DNA of 63,997 bases, filler included, from Diploschistes diacapsis (Eukaryota): assembly GCA_023645945.1 (NCBI GenBank). It is 7 parts of 7 records of this genome, joined end to end, with 100 filler letters (N's around TTAATTAATTAA, not from the genome) between each part and the next. Parts side by side here need not be neighbours in the genome. Positions count along the whole stretch, not along the records: positions 18,384 to 27,458 come from JALAIB010001074.1; positions 27,559 to 36,633 come from JALAIB010001075.1; positions 36,734 to 45,808 come from JALAIB010001076.1; 4 more parts are not named here. One strand, 5' to 3'. The notes under the pieces are model-generated. The model searched no databases. It saw nothing but the letters and a program-made list of their open reading frames with translations, and was not told where the DNA came from. Below are positions 26,552-37,085 of the stretch, one piece after another. Both the position numbers and the translations under genes were made by a program. The first letter of the stretch is position 1. Every line of letters begins with the position of its first letter.

Positions 26552-27458
26552 AAGGGCCTGTCTTGTTCCCCAGCGAATTGAATCAGACAGTGCATTTGCA
26601 GGACTGACAAGAGAGTTTTTGGTGGGAACAAGATCCATACAAGCCCTGAGCAGGGAGAGTATCTTCATTCAAAGGCGCTTCTGTGCGCACTTGATGCAGC
26701 ATGCGGAAACTGACAAAGCTTCGGTGTTCTTTTAGTGCACCAAGCTGAAAGCGGTTCGGTAGAGGCTTAGCCTGGAGGAACGCGTCCCAGATGATGTTGA
26801 AGGAAGACACTGCGCGGTGTTAAAGTTCGGAGCCAGGCTGGGCGTGGTGGTGATCTCTGGTAAATCAGGCGGGCTCAGACATAGGTGGTTGAGGTTTGTC
26901 GAGATTAATAACTGCGATTTACGGGCAGTGTATTTACGGACAGTGTATTATTCGATCTTTGCATAGTAGAGTTGACTTGGTAATACACCCTAACAAGGAG
27001 CGTCCGCCAGCGCTGCTCATGTCCAGATACAGTACAATCGTTGCACGCCGCCTATCATTCAACTCGGATCACTTTAACGTAGCGTTCATTCGCTGATGAA
27101 CTATACACTTACTCGTATTCCCGCACATGCTTGATCCTACCCATAGTCCTTTCGAGCTAGTTATAGGTTTCGGCGAGAAGAGATTACGTTATTGGAATTG
27201 AAAGCCACGCTGCTAGGAAGTTGCAACAAACAAGGAGCATGGGGCAAGAAACAAGGGAGAAGGAAGTAGCTTGGGCTTAGAAGGTAAAACTCACTGGTAG
27301 CGCTCGCCCGCCGTAGCCACCGTAGCCGAAGGGTATTCTACAAAATCAAAATAGCGCTCTGTATCAACTTCGCAGTACATTTAAAAAACTCCTACCACTC
27401 CCTCCCCCCGCTAACGACGACCGCCTTTCCGCTTCCCTCCCTCTGCGCCATTATGTCC

Positions 27459-27558
27459 NNNNNNNNNNNNNNNNNNNNNNNNNNNNNNNNNNNNNNNNNN
27501 NNTTAATTAATTAANNNNNNNNNNNNNNNNNNNNNNNNNNNNNNNNNNNNNNNNNNNN
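27459..27558. other. Artificial contig spacer
   Basis: 44 N + TTAATTAATTAA + 44 N. Confidence 0.98.
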
Positions 27559-27892
27559 AGCTAACCCTGTTATAATACAGCAGAATAACGTGCTTTATTG
27601 ATATCATGATTAACCTAAAAATCGCTTAAACGGATATAGATTTAGATTCAAATTCTTATACCAAATTTATTAATAATTATAAAAACGTATAATAAAATAT
27701 TTTATAGAAAGAGGCTCATTTAGTTTAAATAGGTCCTCCGCATCGCATCCGACTGTTAACTTTCCTCCTTCTAAAAAGCTATTCTTGAACCCTTGCGCCA
27801 GACATTTCTTCGCATATCATCGTTTCTTGCCATCGGCCTCGATCATCCGAAAGAAGATTTCGATTATTTAGCTTTCGTCCTCATCTTCCAGC

Positions 27893-28672
27893 TTACCGAG
27901 GAGCTGCATAAACCAAGCCTGGATCCACACGATACAAATGCTCCTGCTTCTCGAGACCTTTCAGGTTAAGCGTGCCTACGTACTCGAACCTAGGTTCTCC
28001 TGTAGTAAAAATACTCGACCTATCTGGGCTTCGTTTTTTGTTATATTCCGCTAACTTCTTTTTATATGTGGTAGAATCCGGACGATTAGCTCGTGTTTCG
28101 GCGTTAAAAGAACGTTATACTTCGGAAAGAAAAACTTCGGATACAAGTATTTCGCTATCGTTAGCGAGCGAAGTTATCCGCGAAACACGGTTAATCATAT
28201 CTTTAAGATAATCCATACGTTTGGTAATATGATTCAATTGATACAGCGGAATATCTCAATACGCGCTAATACGGATCGAAAGTTTTCTACGAACAACCTT
28301 ACCATTGTTTTTAAAGAACTTTTGGCCATCGGCGTTATCTAATATCTCAACTGGCTAAGAAGCAGCTAGCAGAAGAAATTGAATAAAAAGATTCCACAAC
28401 AAAACCGCAGTAGGTGCTTAAAACGAAACCATAAATCCGTCGTTTATTGTTTTAATCTTATAACCACCGAATAACTTTAATTCGTTCCGAAAAACCTCGT
28501 CGTGAATTTTTATAATAAAACTCATGACTTCGGGGCTTAATTCCTATAAAACGCATGAATTCTTGATGTCGGTAAAAACGATAACTAAACGTCCAAATAG
28601 CGTTGGAACTTTTCTTACAGATTTCGAGAATAGCAAGCCAGGCGTTAACGGGTGGCTGGATGATCGTAACAT
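27893..28672 (-). pseudogene. RIP-inactivated stand-alone class III adenylyl cyclase catalytic domain (Cyr1-like), 260 codons
   Basis: One frame without frameshift: MLRSSS...GRLVIVFTDIKNSCVL*ELSPEVMSFIIKIHDEVFRNELKLFGGYKIKTINDGFMVSF*APTAVLLW...AS*PVEIL...RKLSIRISAY*DIP...TKRMDYLKDMINRVSRITSLANDSEILVSEVF...FEYVGTLNLKGLEKQEHLY. Colinear with the fungal AC consensus VFTDIKNST.LWE..P.AMR.AIK.HN..MRRQL...GGYEVKTEGDAFMV.F...GLSVRMGIHWG.P...TRRMDYFGPMVNRASRI...ADGGQI...LKGLE.PE. Confidence 0.9.
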
Positions 28673-29585
28673 TTATCTATTTAATTACTTTTTCTAGAAA
28701 ATAAGAATGCTTACAAGAACTTTTTTAATCGAAATTATTACGAGAATTTCTTCTATAGGTCAATCGGTTGATAATTATACCCGTAAACTTGCAATCCGGC
28801 CACGGTACACGATAATAAAAGATTCGAAAAACCACGGCTCTAGAAAAGTAATATAGACACTTCTTATTATATGAAATATCAGGATGAAGCATAAGATTTC
28901 TTTTTTATCGGCCGGTATCAGTAAGACCGGAAACGTTCTATAAGAAAAAATCGTCCAGGTTTCCTATTATACTCCGCTATTTCCGGTCTATTACTTTTTC
29001 CTACCTTTGTTCCCTTTCTACCATCTTCGGTTCCGTTGCTGAGACGATCTACTAAAATATTACAACATTAGGAAAGCCCTCTTGCTTCAAATATGAAGAA
29101 ATAAAGGTCGGATCAACTTGAGAAAGCGAACCTTGTAAGAACGTTATACATCTTATCAACGATAACGTTAGTTGCTAATATAGTGAGTCAAACTTGAAAA
29201 AAAGGACTTCTTAAGTTATAACGGGCAGCTCGCAAATCTAACATAAAATAAAACTCTTGCATGCGGTATGGCTTACACTTTACGAGGAAAGTGGCAATGT
29301 CCGCTTAAAAAAACATTTTGCGATTCCCATATAGTATGTTTACAACATACAACAGGAAGATTATAGCAGCGTAACTGGCTTTATGTCGAACGGGAACTAA
29401 AGTTCTCCTAATACGACGTACTATTAATGATACGGAAGTAATTTAATAACATCACTCATTCCTTACGAGTCCATTTAAGCGATTGGCCAGAAACGCAATA
29501 TCTAAAAAAAAAGATTATTTAATAAATCTTAACCGAAGCGCGGTATAAACGTAAAACGTTTCGAGAAGAAATAAAGATTTCGACG

Positions 29586-29990
29586 ATGGAAATGATCGAA
29601 AAGCAATACTTAAAGCCGTCACAAGAATAATACGAGTATGTCAGAAATCTTATGAAAGGCCGTAAAAAACATTTAACTATATATCGACGTATTTCAGGTA
29701 AATTAGTTATATATTGAATTTAAAACAACAAAGGAACCTAAAAGCATCATACGGCGGAAGCTTCTTCTACCGAACTTATTACTTATCAAAAAATAATTCT
29801 ACACAAACGCATTATTAAATTCATCAACGCAAGAAAAACTTTACAATACTGATTCAAGAACAGAATTACATATCGATTGATGCTAGAATACTACAACGGC
29901 AGCGACCCGGATCATCTTTTAAAATACGGAAGATTACGTATATATTTCTTTCCCGAAAGGTTCGTCCGGCACGTATTAAAAACAAACGTT
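29586..29990 (+). pseudogene. RIP-mutated protein kinase N-lobe/hinge fragment
   Basis: From ATG 29586: YEYVRNLMKG...YRRISGKLVIY*...TELITYQKIILHKRIIKF...RLMLEYYNGSDPDHLL, then after a frameshift PERFVRHVL. Matches H.RIVKF / LEYCDGGDL / PE.F.WHV of fungal kinases; no catalytic loop or DFG seen downstream. Confidence 0.6.
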
Positions 29991-30503
29991 GAAAACGTTG
30001 ACATAGATAGCGCTACAGCGGATCGAGAATCTGCATATGTACCTTAACAATTTTTCCTTTATTTCGATAAGTACCTAGAGCGGGCAGTATTCCGAAGTTA
30101 TATTAGAAACTTTTGACATTTCTAGATCTTTAATTGAAATAGAACCGAATCCGTCGTATAATAAAACGATTAAAGAATTTATTTATTTTTTACTCGACAA
30201 CATTACGTAGCCGGTTAGCAAGTACGTAAGACCTATTAATACTCCCTAGTATTCGCAGAGCATTAAATACTGGCTTAAAACGATCGGTAAAGGGCAAGTG
30301 AGGAATACCTTCTAGCTACTTATGCAGAGTTTGTATCCTCTAATTTCAAAATTTCATCGAGATAACCTCTTCTAGACAATTTCCAGATTAGATAGTTCAG
30401 CGTTTTCAGTATCTATAAAACAAAGAACAAAACAAAAAACATTAAACAGAAACGGATATTCTGTTTTATGAAACTTGTCTAAACCGTTCTTATATTTTCG
30501 AAT

Positions 30504-31390
30504 ATGGCCAGCTTCGGTACAGGTTCAGATTTAGTTTCGGGATGCGGTCTTATACTTTAAAACTATCTTTTTTACTACGGATAAGCTTAAAAGGTTGTCC
30601 GATAATACGCAGAACCTTTTAAGGTATCGCTAGGTTAATCTATCCCATGTTAATAGATTTAGAAGAGGTTAAAAGGCGTAAAAAAAATAGTAAAAGCGCG
30701 GCATTACGTTAACGACTCATGACCTAAGATAACAAAATGAATAAATAACATAATATCGGAATATACAATAACTTATAAAATTCTTAACAGTCTTTAAAAA
30801 CGTTATTCTCTAAATCCGAAAAGTACCTTAGAACGTAATCATTAAATACTAATAACTTTAGGTATTAGAATCTATAAAAAGTATAATAAGTACATTCTTT
30901 TTTCGATAGCTTCGTTGACCGCTTTATTCTCAAGCCTACATGCTAACGGACTGGGCTCTCGAGCCAATGAATCACCAGACCATTATCCCTAAGTTTCTCT
31001 CTCCATATTAAGACATTAAGCTCGCCGTTTAAACGCAAGCTAAAAAAAGCGCAGAATATAGAATACATAAACAATAAAAATACTTCTTTTACAACCTAAG
31101 CCACCATCACGGCGCTACTACCGATGATGCCGGTGGGAGAAAAGACGATAACGAACTTACTATCTTTTACCCGCAACGAGAATTACGGTCACCTACATAA
31201 AAAGCTCCGTCACACCTTAAAGAAACCGAAAGACGCAAAGGGAATTATTCAGAAAGTTAGAAGAAAGAAATAAAACGCTTTAAATTACCTAAACCAAACC
31301 CTTAAACATATATACAAAGACGAAAGAAACAAAAAGATAAAAAGAAACACGAGTAATAAAGAACTCGTTTTCGTTACAACGGGCTAAAAT
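30504..31390 (+). pseudogene. RIP-mutated ORF with helical N-terminus reminiscent of fungal SesA/HeLo-like STAND N-terminal domains
   Basis: MASFGTGSDLVSGCGLIL*NYLFYYG*A*KVVR*YAEPFK... followed by helical-looking segments with many TAA (likely CAA). Similarity limited to the MSFG..GD start pattern. Confidence 0.3.
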
Positions 31391-31543
31391 GTTCCTATAT
31401 TTCTATTATGTACAGACTAACGGCAGTTAGGGGACATAATCATACAATACAGTTTATTATTAAAGATCAAATGATAAATTAAACATACTCGAGTCCGCAA
31501 TAATCTATTATAATCTCTATATGCTTGCGTTCTCTAATATATT

Positions 31544-33212
31544 TTACGATATTACGTGATCTTCGCCAACCACCTGTTCTTCTAAAGTGCGCCTTAGCTC
31601 CGCGATAACGTTAATAGCCTTTCTGATGCTGGATTCTAGTTTTCGCTCTCGCTCGGATTTTTCTCTCTTCCAGCGCTCTGCCCATTTCTTCTCCCGGCGC
31701 CGCATGGTATTAAGCAGTCCATTTGATGCTACAAGTTTGATTACTTAATATTTTCATCCGTATAATTAACGAAATCTAAGGTTTTGTAATTGTCGTTATT
31801 GATTCCGCTGACGTGGGTCCGTTGATCTTTACGCGGCTTCGAAGGCATACGCCTATATTTTAAAGATAAAGAAGAAGTTCTTGCGATATGCAGGTATACG
31901 TTCTTTATAGACGTTATAACTAGGTAAGAACCGTTTTATGTTTCTGTCGTAGAAGAAGAAGTATCCGCGTCTACTATTAATATAGTAAAGTCGCCATCGT
32001 TTTAGAACTGGACATTAAGAAAGCTTATTAGTTCCTTAATATCAATAATTTTGTCGAAAGCGTTATCTAAATATTAATATTCGCTAATCGGGTTTATTAG
32101 GGTAAGATTTGAAAACACGAAGGCGCCGGACCCGCCGAATATAAGGTCAAAGATTCCTGCGAAAAAATCATTAAAGAAGCCTTATAATTCCGTAAGAAAT
32201 GCTTTATGGAAGAAATCGCGTTCTTATAACAAAAAGATGAATGTAAGTATATAAGATTCGATAGTAAAAGGACCGTTTAATCACTCGTTCCTAATTATTA
32301 TAAACTTATGATTATTAAAGTTACTTTTTACTTACGAGTTTTAAGATGTTATAAATTAATTCACTTATTCTATTCGTTAATAAACTGTATTTCGTAGAAA
32401 AAATGATTGATTAATAGATTTATAGGTTCAAAAAGGCCGAGTATAGTAGGCATCGGGTGTATATTATATCAAAATCCGAGAACATACGTTACAAATGATA
32501 AGCAAGATGTTCACGAAGAAATCGAAGCGAGGAATAATAACATTTAAGTCGAGTAAGGAAACTCGTCTTTAATTTTAAGTAAATTAAATATATCTTGCTT
32601 TAAAGTGATGCGATAATTTAGTAAAGATATTTAGTTCAAAAACTCTAGTCAATTAATTTTAATATATATTAATTATTTATTGCGCCGATTTCTTTTTTTA
32701 ACTATTACGTCAAATCCGGTGCCGGTTTCGATAAACCTTGAACAAAAGATAGCATTGTTAATAACTATAGACGACATGTTAGAGATCCTTAATCTATTAA
32801 TTTTAATCCTTTCGGCCAAGACATTTTTAGCTTTGTTATTATTGCAGAACTTCCAGAAATAGGTACTATAAGGCCGAATTTCTTATCTAACCGTTTCCAG
32901 GTTTTTAATAAAAGGGCGACTGATTCCGTTCGTTAGTTAGTCTATACGTAATACTTTTGCATTTCATTTTTCCATTATTTCTTTATTCACGCTTCATTCG
33001 ATATAAACAAAGGTACTAACTTAATTGACTATTTTATTAATTATCAGTAACGTTTTATCGATCTTAATCCTTTTATTGCACTTCAATTCCTTATTTAGAG
33101 ATATCTTCTTAATGTATGCGTCCGGCATCCATTCCAGCTTTTTTGATAATAATACGTTGTTCGAATGTTTCAGATTATATAAAACTAGCTATTTTTCGTT
33201 GCGGTGAACCAT
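31544..33212 (-). pseudogene. RIP-mutated intron-containing ORF of unknown function with a C-terminal charged coiled coil
   Basis: ATG 33212 (MVHRNEK*LVLYNLK...KLEWMPDAYI), GTTAGT donor and CTAAC..CAG acceptor, long frames broken by TAA/TAG, ending RRREKKWAERWKREKSERERKLESSIRKAINVIAELRRTLEE. Confidence 0.4.
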
Positions 33213-34046
33213 AATTTAAAGATCATCTTTTTGGAACTGAAGGTAGGTAAAGAATTTGTAAGTATTCTATATATCAGTCTACTTCCGAGCATCTTTTTAG
33301 TCAAATTATACCTATACTTTCGCGTTAGGCAGGCCTTATATACCCTGATTGACCTAGATGTGTATTGTAAATAAAGGATTATAAATGGCAAGCCTGTCCG
33401 TCTTTATAAAACGTGTTAAATAGTTAATATAGGGATTCACTCAATAAACTATACTTACCCTTGCTGTAAATAATAACGTTATGATTGGCAGAGACGTTCT
33501 TAGGACGAACAATAAATCAGTTTATAAATTATTTCTTATTTTTATTTTATGTTTCGTATTCGCGCTAGCGCAGGGCTTCCGAAGCATTTGCGCGGCACTG
33601 TTCTGAAGAATACTTAAATCGACGTAAAAATATTCAATAATAAATAGATCGCACAATCATATAAAATCGAATATTCTTATTCGCGCTTCGAGTATAAAGA
33701 AATATATATATTCCATACGTGACGATCGAGATCCGCGTAAACGCCATTATATACGTTTTGATAAAGCAAAACTGGCCGGATGTTCCTAATCTTTAAATAT
33801 CTGGATGAAAGAAAAGACAATGTTTATCGTTGGGCCAATTGGATCACTAACAGAATACATACAGAAAACTAAAAGATTAGAAGAAACCTTATATTATAAT
33901 ACAAATCGAGGAGCATTAAAAGCCTGCATACCGCATGCGTTATGACATATCCTTATTATTAGACATCAATTCGAGGCGCACGCCTGAAAGCTTGGTGATT
34001 TTGATTACAGAAACGAAAGTAATCCCAAAGCTTTACACGAGTTACC

Positions 34047-35443
34047 TACACACGCTTCCTTCTTTCGTCTATCGTCCTTTAAGCGCCGCATACATAACTT
34101 CACTAAGAATCATATTTGTACTATCAGTCCTTCGAAACAGCCTGATGTTATACATTTTATTAAACAACGTAAACTTTCTATAGCCCGTTTCATTGTATTC
34201 TTTTAACGCTAGAATTTGAATGCGTTCTAAAAGGCTGTATAAAAGCCTAAACCGGCGTTGATTTCGATCAGCCTAGCCTCGGATATAGCTTTTCATATCT
34301 AGAAGTTCGATATCTTCGGGCTTGAATTGCCCCTTCGAGTGGCGACCGAGCAATATTCGATTAGTGCCCGAAAAGTAAAGCTACGCCACGATATCGTTTA
34401 TAGGGAATTTACGCACGATCGTTTAGGATTTAATCTCGACCAGATTTTCGGTATTTATAGTTTTATTAATTTCGTACATCAGCAAACGTGGATAACTAAC
34501 AGCAAAAGACTTTTCCGAAACCTTAAACGACTCGAATCAGATATTTTTTTTTTTTATACATGCATCATTCTCGAATTAAACGATAAGATTTATACCTCCA
34601 AATTAATAATTTAAAATACGGTGGTAAGTGGCCAGCTTGATCTACTTACATTTTGGCTTGACGGTGTAATGGTTCTCGAATCCTAGATTGTATTTTCGAG
34701 AATGGTCTTTGGACGTAAGATTGGTGCTTTGGATCCATCGATTAAAAAACATCGTGTTTCTTACGACTTCGATATCGATCCGTATGTTAGATTCGATGAA
34801 GCTTATATTCCCGTTGTATAGATGGTATAATTCACGGAGATTTTTGAATCCCGTTATAATATTAATATCCTTAAATCGGAAATTCGGTTCTTATACTTTG
34901 ATTACCCTGAACAGCGGTTTGAAACAAGGTGCGTAAAGATTCGGGTTTCTTTTCTTTTAATAGTTCATGTTTGTTTTATTTAGGTCGAGATTTAAGAGCT
35001 CGTTTCGTATATTTAATCGTAAAGCAAATCTTATTTAGTTAGCGACGAATTGTAAGAAAGAAATTATACTAATCCGGTACTAATATTATTAATTTAAAGT
35101 TTAATGTCTAATTATAACTTGTAATGATTCGTTATCGTCGAATTTCGATACTATCCTTCATCGGTTTTATTAAGTTGACTTTTAATACGTGAACTTTTGT
35201 TTCTGAGTTTTCGGAGGCCGGAACAGTTTGCGATCGATTGTGATAAAAAATATAAACTCTTTTAAACCTATAGTGTTCAGTCGTTTCCTATTTTATGTAG
35301 GATTCCTTTCTTTTCGGGATCCTTGTTATCATATTATGCGAGTAAAGATAACGATTTGAAGAATAGCCGCCATTAAAGAAGAATATATACGGTCGTTTTG
35401 ACCTCGGACGGTTAAAAGGGTGCGGAACTTTCTTTAAAAGCAT
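34047..35443 (-). pseudogene. RIP-inactivated gene: two CCCH zinc fingers + DXO/Rai1-like (PD-(D/E)xK) domain
   Basis: ATG 35443. Y-x7-Y-x4-Y-x3-H and Y-x8-Y-x5-Y-x3-H, where each Tyr codon is TAT/TAC (one G>A from Cys). Then ITSYN*...IILVPG, PCFKPLFRVI..PNFRFKDINIITGFKNLRELY, IRIDIEVVRNTMFFNRW, LGFENHYT, YHRILNY*FGGINLIV*FENDAC, LVEIKS, VA*LYFSGTNRILLGRHSKGQF, *ADRNQRRFRLLYSLLERI. Confidence 0.8.
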
Positions 35444-36633
35444 TACGAAGGTTTTAGATGTTGTTAACCAGGCTGTGATCTCTTAATAAGATAGATAAGA
35501 TCTTATAAAGAACTAAAAAGCTTAGAACCTCTATCAGAATCTTAGAATTTTGGCCGAAAGACCATATTTCAGATAAATGCCGATCGATAATATAAAAGAA
35601 ACAAAATAGAGTTTCGTATTCGGATTTCTTTTTAAAAGTTTGGTCAATATTAATCGTTTATTATCTATCCGTTACGTATTCTGTATATACTGCCTAATTG
35701 CGTACTATTCGGTTGCGGGTTTTATTCTAGTTTTCGTATAATCGATGCTCGTTCGCTGCTATTAGTTAGTAATGGCGTTCTATCGTCGAAAAGTCGAAGG
35801 AGTTTATACTTCTTTAAAAAGTTTAGAGTACGTACGAAACCTATTTTAATCTTATATAACTAATAGGTATATCGGACGGATAAGATGGTTTATCAGTTAT
35901 TATTTCTTTAACGATCGCGAAAGTAAGAGATATTACGGCGATTATTTTAATCTTAGCCTGGATTCCAGCCTATATTTTTCATTTATTTGCCGTGTATCTG
36001 AGCTCAGTATGTTTAATTGGGGCAATTTTTTTAGCGAAATGGGTGACCCGAAGACATTATTTATAAATTATGATAACTAGGCTTGCGGAATCGATAACTC
36101 TTTCTGTCTAGGACTCGGAGGCAGTAATAATAATATTAGTTTTATCGATAAAAAGAGCGCTCGAAATCTTTTTTTTATTAATAATAAAGCTTTTATATAC
36201 CGAACATACACATTCCGGATCGTAAAAATAGTTGAATTTAATGTTATTTAGAACAACTTACTTTCAGCTACGATAAGAAGTTGGACGATATAAACTTAAA
36301 ATGTTGGCGGCATTATCTAAACGATCTATAATAAAACGAAAGCTGATAAATAAAAATAAAAACTAACGAAAAAAACGAATTAATAAATAAAAAAGAAAGC
36401 CTGGGCTCCTCGAACTAAAGGAAGACGTTAACTTTATAAACATTACGTTCCTCTCGACTTCAATGCTCGGAAAGCTCTAAAAACCCGGATTAAATAATTA
36501 AGAAAAAAAAGACCTCGAATTTCGAAACAAACAGACACGGGATTCTATTGCAGGCGTTTGATCGTAGCAAAGAATTTATAGGATATATAAATAAAATTAA
36601 TCGAAGATTAAATTAACTTAAACTACGTCGATT

Positions 36634-36733
36634 NNNNNNNNNNNNNNNNNNNNNNNNNNNNNNNNNNNNNNNNNNNNTTAATTAATTAANNNNNNNNNNN
36701 NNNNNNNNNNNNNNNNNNNNNNNNNNNNNNNNN
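36634..36733. other. Artificial contig spacer
   Basis: 44 N + TTAATTAATTAA + 44 N. Confidence 0.98.
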
Positions 36734-37085
36734 GGTGCTGGGGGCGCGAGTGATGCGGAGAGCGGGGTTGGGCGGAGTGCGTGGTGGGCGTGCTGGAGGA
36801 GAGGGATGGTTGTGGTGGCGGTTTTGGCGGATCTTGGGAGTCGTTGGGGTACGGTGATGGAGCGCTGGCTGCCGGTGCTGGCGCTGCTGTTGTAGCGGAA
36901 GTGGGGGAGGACGATAGGCCGAGCTCGGCTTCGAGGGAGGAAACGATGGCGTCGATGTCCTCTTCCTCCCCGCTATCCTCCTCCTTTGCGGTTCCGTGGC
37001 TCCCGTCGCTTTTCGGAGGGGCGGTTCCGTTCTGTAAAGTCTGTGACCCTGCGATGGGAGGTCTGGATGCTTGCTGGTCCGTCAT
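36734..37085 (-). CDS. 5' part of a hypothetical protein, truncated by contig end
   Basis: ATG 37085 (MTDQQASRPP...EEEDIDAIVSSLEAELG), open to the gap, GC-rich coding-like composition. Confidence 0.5.

Larger units (their letters stand above)
27559..36633. repeat. AT-rich RIP-mutated segment carrying decayed host-type genes
   Basis: Visibly AT-rich, TpA-rich and CpA/TpG-poor while CpG is retained. In-frame TAA/TAG fall where Gln/Trp are expected in recognisable domains; no long ORFs. Confidence 0.9.

Noticed and set aside
27893..28672. Cyclase as a bacterial Pycsar-type pyrimidine cyclase or a horizontal transfer
   Set aside because: Motifs follow the fungal Cyr1 consensus and the ATP-specifying Lys/Asp pair is retained.
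34047..35200. Geranylgeranyl pyrophosphate synthase / terpene cluster
   Set aside because: No DDxxD prenyltransferase motifs; the motif order fits a DXO/Rai1-like nuclease fold instead.
27559..36633. AT-rich contig as an LTR retrotransposon, DNA transposon or organellar DNA
   Set aside because: No RT, RNase H, integrase or DDE motifs recognised by eye; it contains nuclear-type genes with RIP-pattern stops. An element boundary outside the contig is not excluded.
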